From Clostridia bacterium (GTDB lineage Bacteria > Bacillota > Clostridia > Christensenellales > CAG-314), in the NCBI GenBank assembly GCA_017500855.1, contig JAFVYC010000018.1, positions 17,400-81,399 on the forward strand: 64,000 bases of DNA. Direction: 5' to 3'. Shown in pieces: positions 16,006-24,724 of the stretch. How positions within the stretch are numbered: the first letter of the stretch is position 1; each line of letters starts with the position of its first letter. The notes under the pieces were generated by a model, which was not told the DNA's origin, did no database searches, and was given only the letters and a program-made list of their open reading frames with translations. A program made the translations under genes and the position numbers.

Positions 16006-17049
16006 TTATCTGAGTTTTTTGCCACATTCAGGGCAGAATTTTGCCGAGGAATCCACGCCTGCGCCACATTCGGGGCAAACGGATGCAAGTCTTGTTCCGC
16101 ATTCGGGGCAGAATTTTGCTCCTGCTTCCACTCTTCCACCGCATTCGGGGCAGAACTTTTTGCCGGCTGTGGGTTCGCTGTCTCTTGCAGTTGCAACTGC
16201 GCCAAAAGTTGCGCCAAGTGCGCCACCGGCAGCGCCACCCAAGCCTACGCCCAAAATTGCGCCCATTGTGCCGGGATTTTTTGCAGCGTCGCCAAGCGCA
16301 TCGGCAGCCTTCTTTTGTGTGTAGGAGCCCATTTTGCCTTCCAAAATGCCAAGTGTGGAGCGTTCGTCAATTGCCTTTTCCACTTGTTCGGGGAAGTTGA
16401 TGTTGACAATGTTGAAGTTGGTGATGTCCAAACCCATTTCGGCAAGTTTTGCACGTGCGTGGCCCTTGACCATTTCGTTGAACTCTTGCAAGTTCATTGC
16501 CATGTCCAACGCAGCAATTTTGCTTTCGGCAATGGTGTCGGTCATTTGACCAACCAAAATGTCCTTCAAGTAGCCTTCAATGTCGCTAACGGTGTACAAA
16601 CCGTTCGTGCCAAAAACTTCCTTCAAGAACAATTGTGCATCGGCAACACGGAATGCGTAGTTACCAAACGCACGAATGCGAATCATGCCAAAGTCGGCGT
16701 CTCGAATTGTCACAGGGCTGGACGTGCCCCATTTGCAATCCAAAAATTGTTTTGTGTTTACAAAGTACAAGTCTGCCTTGAACGGAGATTCCTTGTCTTG
16801 GAAGAGCAATGCGCCAAGACCGGACAAAATGGGCAAGTTCTTGGTTGTCAGTTTGTACTGACCGGGGCCAAACACGTCGGCAATTTTGCCTTGGTGCACA
16901 AACACACCCACTTGCGATTCTCTAACCGTCAGTTGAGAGCCACTCATAATTTCCTTTCCATTCATGGGGAAACGGTACACAACGGTGTCGGTGCTGTCAT
17001 CTTTCCACTCCAACACTTTCCACATTTGCGATTTGAACCAACCAGCCAT
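16006..17049 (-). CDS. SPFH/band-7 family protein with C-terminal zinc ribbons (YdjI-like)
   Basis: MAGWFKSQMWKVLEWKDDSTDTVVYRFP ... SPFH-like core, a Gly/Ala-rich linker, then four CPECG knuckles (KFCPECGGRV / KFCPECGTRL / VCPECGAGV / KFCPECGKKL). AGGAGG SD before ATG 17049. Confidence 0.8.
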   Translation of the reverse strand: MAGWFKSQMWKVLEWKDDSTDTVVYRFPMNGKEIMSGSQLTVRESQVGVFVHQGKIADVFGPGQYKLTTKNLPILSGLGALLFQDKESPFKADLYFVNTKQFLDCKWGTSSPVTIRDADFGMIRIRAFGNYAFRVADAQLFLKEVFGTNGLYTVSDIEGYLKDILVGQMTDTIAESKIAALDMAMNLQEFNEMVKGHARAKLAEMGLDITNFNIVNINFPEQVEKAIDERSTLGILEGKMGSYTQKKAADALGDAAKNPGTMGAILGVGLGGAAGGALGATFGAVATARDSEPTAGKKFCPECGGRVEAGAKFCPECGTRLASVCPECGAGVDSSAKFCPECGKKLR

Positions 17050-17125
17050 AGTTATATCCTCCTGTTTTTGCATGTTTTGGTTTTGCTTGCAATGCAGTTT
17101 GCGCAAGCATTTTTTGGTTTGTTTC

Positions 17126-17153
17126 ATTATACAACATTATTTTGCAAATTCAA
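17126..17153 (-). promoter_or_regulatory. Candidate promoter of the SPFH operon
   Basis: Minus strand reads TTGAAT-N16-TATAAT, about 75 nt upstream of the ATG. Confidence 0.45.
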
Positions 17154-17250
17154 ATAGTTTTTGCAAAAAAAATGCAAATTTTTTTGTGTACAATGTTGCA
17201 AAGCAAAATTTGCAGTTGCCAACTGCGCAAAACCGTGTGCTTTGCGGTGG

Positions 17251-17482
17251 CGTGCCCAGCGCATGCAAGTGGAATTTTCAAGTGTAAACTGAGAGTGTGC
17301 AAGTTGTGGCTAAAACTTGCCGTTGCGTTTGACTTGTTGCTTCTTGAATGGCGTGCTTGGCACATGCAAGTGGAATTTTCAAGTGTAAATTGAACGGACT
17401 TGCGTTGTGGAAACACGCCTGCCGTTGTGTTTGACTTGTTGCTTCTTGAATGGCGTGCTTGGTGCATGCAAGTGGGCAATAA
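17251..17482. repeat. Tandem repeat, about 101-bp unit, 2.3 copies
   Basis: Units at 17251-17350, 17351-17452 and a partial at 17453-17482. Each starts cgtgc(c/t)..gcatgcaagtgg and ends gtttgacttgttgcttcttgaatgg. It lies in the divergent intergenic region between the SPFH operon and the acyltransferase gene. Confidence 0.85.
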
Positions 17483-17696
17483 GTCGTTTACATTGCAAAT
17501 CAACTTGCAAAAATTGCCGTCGTGTGGCGTTGGCTTGTGTTTCAGCAACAATTTGCAAAAAATGTATTGCAAAAATTTCGCTTTTATTGTAAAATAGTGT
17601 TGTACACTTAACAAAAGTTAAATGTTGCGTTTGCCGTTTAGTTTGGGTTGAGAGTGCGTTGGTATAGTAGTTGCAAAAATAATGGGGGAAGTTACG

Positions 17697-18899
17697 ATGG
17701 CAAAGAACAAAAAGTGGATACAGCCCAGACACAAGGCGTGGCGCACGTTGTTGGACGTGGTGCTTACCCCCGTGATGAAGCACAAGTATCACGCCGAGTT
17801 GCACAAGTTCAACATGCAAGGACGGCAATTTTTGGTGTTGTTCAACCACCAAACGGCGTTTGACCAATTTTTTGTTGGTTCGGTGTTTTGCCGTGGACCT
17901 GTGTACTACATTGCCAGCGAAGATGTGCTCAACAAGGGACTTGTTTCCAAAATTATCAGCTACGCAACGGCACCCATCCCAATCAAGAAGCAAATGACGG
18001 ACGTCAGAGCCGTGATGAATTGTTTGCGAGTTGTCAAGGAGGGCGGAAGCGTTGCTCTTGCGCCGGAAGGCAACCGTACCTACGACGGCAAGTTGGTTCA
18101 CATCAATCCCGCAGTTACAAAACTTGTAAAAACCATTGGGCTTCCGTTGGCGTTTTGCCGAATAGAAGGTGGCTACGGTGTGCAACCACGTTGGTCGGAC
18201 GTCATTCGCAAGGGCAAAATCAAGGTGTACGTTTCCAAAGTGGTGGAAAAGCAAGACTACCAAGACCTTTCCAACGAGCAACTGCTTGAACTCATCACGC
18301 AAAACTTGGACGTTAACGAAGGCGTGGAGCGTGGAACTTTCCACAGCAAACGTAGCGCCGAGTACTTGGAACGTGCCTACTACGTGTGCCCAAAATGCGG
18401 GCTTACAACTTTCCACAGCAAAGGTCAACAATTTTGTTGCACCAAGTGCGGATTGCAAGGCACCTACACCGACACCAAGCGCATTGTGTGGTCGGACGAA
18501 AGCGTGAATTTGCCCTTCACAACACATTGGTACGACTACCAACAACAATTTGTGCAAAAGTTGGACGTTTCGCCCTACTTGACTGCGCCCATCTACCAAG
18601 AGCAAGCAACCATGTTCGAGGTTGTGCCCTACAAATCTCGCAAGGTTTTGGAAAAGCGTGCAACACTCAAACTGTTTGCCGACCGTGTGGAAGTTGAGTG
18701 CAAAAACCCTTGCACGTTGCATTTCGACGACGTTGCCGTGGCAACGGTGCTTGGCAAAAACAAACTGAATTTCTACGTGGGCAAGCAAGTTTTCCAATTC
18801 AAGGGGGACAAGCGCTTCAATGCGTTGAAGTACGTCAACTTTGTTTACAAACACAAAAACGCAAAGGAGGAACAAGATGGTACATTTTTGGGAATCTAG
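17697..18899 (+). CDS. Lysophospholipid (1-acyl-sn-glycerol-3-phosphate) acyltransferase family protein with a C-terminal zinc-ribbon-containing domain
   Basis: NHQTAFD (HX4D), APEGNRT (PEGxR-type block), and CPKCG ... CTKCG later. GGGGGAAG SD before ATG 17697. Confidence 0.75.
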   Translation: MAKNKKWIQPRHKAWRTLLDVVLTPVMKHKYHAELHKFNMQGRQFLVLFNHQTAFDQFFVGSVFCRGPVYYIASEDVLNKGLVSKIISYATAPIPIKKQMTDVRAVMNCLRVVKEGGSVALAPEGNRTYDGKLVHINPAVTKLVKTIGLPLAFCRIEGGYGVQPRWSDVIRKGKIKVYVSKVVEKQDYQDLSNEQLLELITQNLDVNEGVERGTFHSKRSAEYLERAYYVCPKCGLTTFHSKGQQFCCTKCGLQGTYTDTKRIVWSDESVNLPFTTHWYDYQQQFVQKLDVSPYLTAPIYQEQATMFEVVPYKSRKVLEKRATLKLFADRVEVECKNPCTLHFDDVAVATVLGKNKLNFYVGKQVFQFKGDKRFNALKYVNFVYKHKNAKEEQDGTFLGI

Positions 18900-20280
18900 C
18901 AACGGGGGCTTTGTTGCCCTGTTGGCAGTTGTTTTTGCTTCGCTTATCGTTGCAAGCCTGCTAAAAAAAGCCATTCCGTTTTTGAGAAAGTCGCTAATGC
19001 CAACTTCCGTGTTGGGTGGCGTGCTGTTGCTGGTTGTTGCAACAATCTACTACTTTGCATCCGGCAACCAAGTGTTGTTCGACACAGCATTCTTTGGTGG
19101 AAACGGCTCGCAAGTTTTGGAAGTGCTGACCTACCACATGTTGGCGCTTGGCTTTGTTGCTTCCACTCTTGTGACCACTGAACGCAAGGTGACAAAGCAA
19201 CGTGCCGGCGAAGTGTTGAACACGGGGCTGACAACTGTTTCCACCTACCTGTTGCAAGGTCTGCTTGGTTTGGGCATCACAATTGTGGCGTCGTTGATTG
19301 TGCCAACGCTGTTCCCCGCTGCAGGCGTTATTTTGCCATTTGGCTTTGGACAAGGCACGGGGCAAGCGCTAAACTACGGCACCATCTACGAGGAAACCTA
19401 TGGGTTTGGCGGTGGTGCGCATTTTGGCTTGACAATTGCGGCAATGGGATTTTTGTCGGCAAGTTTGGGTGGCACTGTGCATTTGAACGTTTTGAAGAAG
19501 CGTGGCAAAATTGCCCCAAAAACCGAGCAAGCGGAAGTTTTCAACGCAAGCGACATCCAAAGCCCCAACGAACGGCCAATGAACGGCAGTTGGGACAAAC
19601 TGACTTTGCAAATTGCATTGGTGCTCGTTGTTTACCTTGCTGCCTACGGCGTGATGGCGTTGATTGGCAGTTTTGTTGGCGAAAACCTTCGTTCAACAAT
19701 TTTTGGACTTAACTTTCTGTTTGGCGTGCTGTTTGCCGTGGTGGCCAAGGAAATTTTGAAACTGCTCAACAAAAAGAACGTGCTGAAAAAGCAGTACACA
19801 AACAACTTTTTGCTGACACGTATCAGCAACTTTTGTTTCGACACAATGATTGTGTGTGGAATTGCAGTAATTCGCATCGACTACATTGCACAGTACTGGG
19901 GCATCATTTTGATACTTTCCGCAGTGGGATTGATTTGTACCTACTTGTACAACTACTTTGTGGCAAAGAAGTTGTTCCCAACCTACTCCGAAGAGCAATT
20001 TTTGGTGATGTACGGCATGTTGACGGGTACGGCAAGCACAGGCGTGATTTTGCTTAGGGAAATTGACGGAGATTTCCAAACCCCTGCATCGGAAAACTTG
20101 GTGTACCAAAACTTCCCTGCAATTGCATTTGGCTTCCCAATGATGATCATTGCATCCATTGCACCGGAAAATCCGTTGTTGACGTTGGGCATCATTGCCG
20201 TGTACCTTGTTGCCATCAACGTTTTGCTGTTCCGCAAGCAAATTTTCAAAAAGAAAAGTGCCGAAACAACTGCCGAGTAG
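18877..20280 (+). CDS. gltS: Sodium/glutamate symporter (GltS family)
   Basis: N-terminus ASLLKKAIPFLRKSLMPTSVLGGVLLLV resembles the GltS N-terminus, and the protein is multi-TM throughout. AAAGGAGG SD. Overlaps the upstream gene by 23 nt. Confidence 0.7.
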   Translation: MVHFWESSNGGFVALLAVVFASLIVASLLKKAIPFLRKSLMPTSVLGGVLLLVVATIYYFASGNQVLFDTAFFGGNGSQVLEVLTYHMLALGFVASTLVTTERKVTKQRAGEVLNTGLTTVSTYLLQGLLGLGITIVASLIVPTLFPAAGVILPFGFGQGTGQALNYGTIYEETYGFGGGAHFGLTIAAMGFLSASLGGTVHLNVLKKRGKIAPKTEQAEVFNASDIQSPNERPMNGSWDKLTLQIALVLVVYLAAYGVMALIGSFVGENLRSTIFGLNFLFGVLFAVVAKEILKLLNKKNVLKKQYTNNFLLTRISNFCFDTMIVCGIAVIRIDYIAQYWGIILILSAVGLICTYLYNYFVAKKLFPTYSEEQFLVMYGMLTGTASTGVILLREIDGDFQTPASENLVYQNFPAIAFGFPMMIIASIAPENPLLTLGIIAVYLVAINVLLFRKQIFKKKSAETTAE

Positions 20281-20380
20281 CAAACGGTAGCGTAAGTTGC
20301 AACAGTTTGATTGGTGCAAACAAAGCAGTTTGCGGTTGCAAAACGCCACCACGTGGTGCGGTTTTTATTAAATCTTTAAC

Positions 20381-20424
20381 AAAAAAAAGGAACAAACTTT
20401 TGCGTGTTTGTTCCTTTTTGTTTT
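20381..20424. terminator. Bidirectional intrinsic terminator
   Basis: Stem aggaacaaac (20388-20397) pairs with gtttgttcct (20406-20415). A-run upstream and T-run downstream. Confidence 0.75.
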
Positions 20425-20741
20425 GTATTTTTATTTGAGCGATATTGCTATTATTTGTGGGTTTGTTTGAACGGTGTTGCTTTGGATGAACGACGTTATT
20501 TTGTTGAAGCGTTTCTCGGTCGAACAATATTGTTTTGTGTGAACGATGTTTTCTTTCGTTAACATCCATTGCTGTTTACAGTTGATTTCTTGCACCCGTG
20601 TTGTCGTTTTTGCAACGGTGTTGAAGGAAAATGCACGTTGATGGAATGATTTTTGCGTTTGTAGAGTGTGTAAACGCAACGTAGTGTGTATCGAACAAAC
20701 TGTTTGAGGGGTATTTTCAAAGCACTATTCAACTGCTTCAA

Positions 20742-21626
20742 CTAGGCGTCTTGCAAAAAATCGCAACAGCCTTGCCAAATTTGTTGGGCAGTTTGGCAAA
20801 TGACTTGGCGTTCGGCAGGTTTTGCCGTGTTCAACTTTTTGATTTTGGGCAAACCCCACACGTCAAAGATTTTGGGGCCAATCCAAGTGTTTGGCGTCAC
20901 GTTGCAAAACAGCCCGTAGTAGATGGAAAGGCACGCCTTTTTGGGGTGTGGAAAGATGACTTTCATTGGGTGCTTGATGATGGCAAAAATAAGTTTTGGG
21001 TAGTGGCTTGTGATTCCTGTGAAGGAAATTCCCGGGTGAGCAACTACCACGGGGTGGCCGTTTTGCACCATTTCCAACAATGCGTAGGTGAGGTAGCGCT
21101 TGGCGTTGCCGTACACAAGGCTTGCCTTTTTGCGTGTGGAAAAGTCCACGTCGGATTTGTCAATTTTGCTGTAGTTGTGGGCAATGCTTCCCACAGCAAC
21201 AACCCTTCCGCCACAACTTTCCAAGTGTGGCAACAACTTTTTGGCAAGGTACAAGGGCGAAACGCAGTTGATTTGAAACACGTTGTCCCAACCCATTGCC
21301 GTTTTGTGCCTTGGGATGCTGTAGGCGCCTGCATTGAGAATCAGTCCGTGCAAGGGGCTTTTTTGCAGTTCTTGTGCAACTTTGTGCACCGAAACAATGT
21401 CTTCCATGTCGGCAATGTGGGTGGAAATTTCCGCCGTGGGGAACGCCGTTTTCAACTGCTCCACAAGGGTGGCTTGTTTTTTGGCGTTGCGGTCAATCAG
21501 CACCACGTGTGCGCCGTTTTGCGCAAGAAGTTTGCAAAGTTCTTGCCCAAGTCCGCCTGTTGCGCCACTGATGGCAATTGTTTTGCCGTGCAAATTACTT
21601 GTGTGTTTTTGCAAAAATTTGTTCAT
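20742..21626 (-). CDS. SDR-family oxidoreductase
   Basis: GKTIAISGATGGLGQEL (TGxxxGxG Rossmann), NAG, YGNAK (YxxxK). Start at MNKFLQK with GGGAGAAA SD. Confidence 0.85.
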   Translation of the reverse strand: MNKFLQKHTSNLHGKTIAISGATGGLGQELCKLLAQNGAHVVLIDRNAKKQATLVEQLKTAFPTAEISTHIADMEDIVSVHKVAQELQKSPLHGLILNAGAYSIPRHKTAMGWDNVFQINCVSPLYLAKKLLPHLESCGGRVVAVGSIAHNYSKIDKSDVDFSTRKKASLVYGNAKRYLTYALLEMVQNGHPVVVAHPGISFTGITSHYPKLIFAIIKHPMKVIFPHPKKACLSIYYGLFCNVTPNTWIGPKIFDVWGLPKIKKLNTAKPAERQVICQTAQQIWQGCCDFLQDA

Positions 21627-21730
21627 TTGTTTCTCCCATAGTGTGCTAGATACATTATACATTGCCAAATTGGCTGTGTCAACAAAAGTGGGGCACACTT
21701 TGCCAAAAACTGTTGAAAAGGGCTGTGTGT

Positions 21731-21741
21731 TGTGGTATAAT
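21731..21741 (+). promoter_or_regulatory. Extended -10 promoter element TGTGGTATAAT (copy 7 of 7)
   Basis: Exact 11-mer about 28 nt upstream of the metallophosphoesterase ATG. Confidence 0.5.
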
Positions 21742-21768
21742 GTTGTCATCAAGCAAATGGAGCGCACA

Positions 21769-22455
21769 ATGATCTACGTCACGGGCGACACGCACGGCAT
21801 GTTGCAATTTGACAAACTGCAAAAATTTGCCAAAAGGCACACCAACCTCACCAAGGACGACTACGTTATTATTTGTGGGGATTTTGGTGGTGTGTGGAGC
21901 GAGAGCACGCTGGCAACCTACTTGAACAACTACCAAAACCTGCCTTTTTCCGTTTTGTGGGTGGATGGCAACCACGAAAACTTCGACATGTTGGAAAAAT
22001 ACCCCGTTGAAATGTGGAACGGTGGCAAGGTGCAGTTTGTTCAACCAACGGTAATTCGTTTGATGCGTGGGCAAGTGTTTTGCATTTGTGGCAAAAAGTT
22101 TTTTACTTTTGGAGGTGGAACAAGTGTGGACAAGGCACGGCGCACGCCCGGCGTTTCTTGGTGGGAGCAGGAAATTCCATCCTACGAGGAACTTTCGGAA
22201 GCCATTGTCAATTTGCGCAAGCACGACTACAAGGTGGATTTTGTCATCACGCATTCTGTCGACGAGCATGCGCTTTCCCACCCTGCAATGAAACAAAGCC
22301 CAAAATCTTGCAAGGTGTTTCAAGACAACGTCATTTTGTCGGTTTTCGAAAACTGCGTTGCCTACAAGCATTGGTACTTTGGGCACTACCATTTGGACGA
22401 ACAGTTGAGCCCAAGCAAAACTGCGTTGTTCCATCAAATACTAAAAATTGTGTAA
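21769..22455 (+). CDS. Metallophosphoesterase (calcineurin-like)
   Basis: MIYVTGDTHG, ICGDFGG, VDGNHEN, ITHS and GHYH are the five classic metal-binding blocks. The track ORF 21334.. is an upstream extension antisense to the SDR gene. Confidence 0.85.
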   Translation: MIYVTGDTHGMLQFDKLQKFAKRHTNLTKDDYVIICGDFGGVWSESTLATYLNNYQNLPFSVLWVDGNHENFDMLEKYPVEMWNGGKVQFVQPTVIRLMRGQVFCICGKKFFTFGGGTSVDKARRTPGVSWWEQEIPSYEELSEAIVNLRKHDYKVDFVITHSVDEHALSHPAMKQSPKSCKVFQDNVILSVFENCVAYKHWYFGHYHLDEQLSPSKTALFHQILKIV

Positions 22456-22498
22456 AACAAGCACACGTGTTGGCACTTTTGTGCCGAAAAGGAGAACC

Positions 22499-23347
22499 AT
22501 GAAGTACAAAGTTATTGGCTGGGCAGGCTACGACGAGGACTACCCATCTTTCCAAGCGGAAACGGAAGCGCAAGAAATGGGCGCACGTGTTGCCGTGGTG
22601 GAAGAAATCAGAACAAAAGGCTACGTGTTTGGTGGCGATTCCCACCAGTACCACCCCTGTGGCGCACCCGTGTTGAACAATGGGCAAATGTTCCGTTGCG
22701 GTCAACGCACCTGGGGCAGAATTATTGCCGAAGCCAAGGGCACGGACAATTCCGACGGCTATTCCTACGCAATGTGGTTTTTGGACGACGTCATCGATGA
22801 GCCACTTGTGTACCCACCCTACGGTGTGGACGAAAGCCAAATTGCACCACGTGGCACGGTTTTTGACGGTGACGAAACCTACCAACCACAAACCACAACG
22901 GAGCAAAACTACCTCGACATGTTGAAGCGTGTTTCCCAATTTGCCATCGAAATGAACATGCTCATCATGGACTCTCCCGAGGACAGCACCGAACATCCAC
23001 TTGTGGTGACAATGCGTTTGAACGAAAGTCCTTTCAACCAAATGTACAACGGCGAAAAAACCGTGGAAATTCGCTTGAACGACAGCAAGCGCCAACGTTT
23101 GCAAGCAGGCGACACTGTGCAGTTTGTTTGCACGGCGGACGAAACACGGCACATTCGCACGGAAATTGTTGCCGTCCACTTGTTCGACAGTTTCAAGGAT
23201 TTGTACAACAGCCCTTTGAAGGATGCAACGGGAGCAGGCGACATGGATTTGCAACAATTTGTAGACTGCATGCACGGCTACTACTCGCCTGAAAAAGAGC
23301 GTCAGTTTGGCGTGTGCGCATTGCAACTAAAAATAATTTCCAAGTAG
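22499..23347 (+). CDS. ASCH-domain protein with an uncharacterised N-terminal domain
   Basis: The C-terminal MRLNESPFNQMYNGEKTVEIRLNDSKRQRLQAGDTVQF resembles an ASCH beta-barrel. I do not recognise the N-terminal 150 aa. AAAAGGAG SD. Confidence 0.6.
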   Translation: MKYKVIGWAGYDEDYPSFQAETEAQEMGARVAVVEEIRTKGYVFGGDSHQYHPCGAPVLNNGQMFRCGQRTWGRIIAEAKGTDNSDGYSYAMWFLDDVIDEPLVYPPYGVDESQIAPRGTVFDGDETYQPQTTTEQNYLDMLKRVSQFAIEMNMLIMDSPEDSTEHPLVVTMRLNESPFNQMYNGEKTVEIRLNDSKRQRLQAGDTVQFVCTADETRHIRTEIVAVHLFDSFKDLYNSPLKDATGAGDMDLQQFVDCMHGYYSPEKERQFGVCALQLKIISK

Positions 23348-23364
23348 ATTTCAACAACAAATTT

Positions 23365-23392
23365 GCCCCGACTGTTCAAGTCGGGGCTTTTC
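23365..23392 (+). terminator. Intrinsic terminator after the ASCH gene
   Basis: gccccgact-gttca-agtcggggc followed by ttttc. Confidence 0.7.
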
Positions 23393-23503
23393 TATGTAGA
23401 TTTTTGCGCCAAAATTTGGGCACGTTGTTGTTTTGTTTGCCTGCCCAAATGGGGGCAATTTTCCGAGTTGAACTTGCGTTTTTCCACACACGTGGTGCGA
23501 ATT

Positions 23504-24559
23504 TTAGCGTGGAAGTGGCCTTCCACCACCAATTTTTTCCACGTTTTGCCAAGTGACTGCGCCAACAATTCCGTCCACGCCAATGCCCGTTTCCCGTTGA
23601 AATTCCATCACGGCATTTTTTGTTGCCGAGCCAAAAATTCCGTCTATTTCGCCAACGGGGTACAGTTTGGAAGTCAGTTTTTGTTGCAAGTAGGCAACGT
23701 ACACACCCCGTGAGCCTTGCCTGAGTGTTGGGCGTGGTGGTAGCGCAAGCAAAGTGCGCCAAGTGTTGTTGCCCACAATTCCGTCGGCTACAAGGCCGTT
23801 TCGCTGTTGAAAATCAACCACGTATCGGCTAGTTTGGTTGCCAAAAATGCCGTCTATGTCAATGTCGTAGCCGTTTTGCCACAGCAAAAATTGCAACAGC
23901 ATCACAAAGTTGCCACGTGTGCCAAGGCGTAGCAATTGGTAGTTTGCAAGGTTGTTGCGTGGAACGTAGCCAATGCCAAGGTAGTTGCAAACACCAAGCA
24001 AAGTTTCTTCGGCAACCTCCGTTTGGAAGTCGGGGTCTAGCATCAGTTTTGCTTCTTCAAAGTTGGTCATGAAACCTGCTTCCACCAAAGTTGATGGGCA
24101 ATTCACGCTTCTCAGCACGCCAACGTTTTGCAACGTTCCCACGCCCACGCCACGTTGCGTTGTGCCTTCCAGCAGTTGCGTGTACACTTCTTCCGAAAGT
24201 ATTCTGCTTTGCGTTGCGTTGCCGTTGGTGGGGTCGTAGAAGGTAGAAACGCCTGCCACGTTGTTGAAAGTTTGCCCTGCGCCAAATGCGTTGTAGGCAA
24301 AAGTCACAAGCAAAGTCAACCCCTGCCTGTTTATTCGGCGCACCCGTTCGGAAATGGACGTGTCGGTTATTTCCGGTTTGACGTCGAACACACGCAATCC
24401 GTTGCGCAAACAGCCTTCAATGAACTTGTTTTTGGCTGGTCGGTTGAATTGATTTTCGTAGAAAGGCACGTTCAAGTAGGGCATCACGGGCGTGCGTTTG
24501 CCGGCAGTTGGTGGGTTTTGCCCGTGTTCGTCATTTGCGCCAATGTAGTAGTTTGCCAC
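23504..24559 (-). CDS. N-acetylmuramoyl-L-alanine amidase (Amidase_3-like) with two C-terminal peptidoglycan-binding domains
   Basis: The catalytic part ends CPSTLVEAGFMTNFEEAKLM. Two PG_binding_1-type repeats follow (IDGIFGNQTSRYVVDFQQRNGLVADGIVG and IDGIFGSATKNAVMEFQRETGIGVDGIVG). No signal peptide. GTG start after GGAGG. Confidence 0.8.
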   Translation of the reverse strand: MANYYIGANDEHGQNPPTAGKRTPVMPYLNVPFYENQFNRPAKNKFIEGCLRNGLRVFDVKPEITDTSISERVRRINRQGLTLLVTFAYNAFGAGQTFNNVAGVSTFYDPTNGNATQSRILSEEVYTQLLEGTTQRGVGVGTLQNVGVLRSVNCPSTLVEAGFMTNFEEAKLMLDPDFQTEVAEETLLGVCNYLGIGYVPRNNLANYQLLRLGTRGNFVMLLQFLLWQNGYDIDIDGIFGNQTSRYVVDFQQRNGLVADGIVGNNTWRTLLALPPRPTLRQGSRGVYVAYLQQKLTSKLYPVGEIDGIFGSATKNAVMEFQRETGIGVDGIVGAVTWQNVEKIGGGRPLPR

Positions 24560-24724
24560 TTCAAACCTCCGTTGTTGTTCTACACCTAGTGTATGCTTTT
24601 GCCGTTGGTGGTGTTACAAAACTGACGTTTTTGCAAATTTGTTGCACTTGTTTTTGCAAATTTGCCGTTGGTACATTTCACAAGATTGACAAAACTGCCA
24701 TCTAGGTATATATTTATATATGCT

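Noticed and set aside
21334-21768. The 145-codon N-terminal extension of the metallophosphoesterase ORF (track start 21334).
   Set aside because: The extension is antisense to the SDR gene and precedes the TGTGGTATAAT promoter at 21731. The conserved MIYVTGDTHG block with a GGAG SD marks the real start at 21769.
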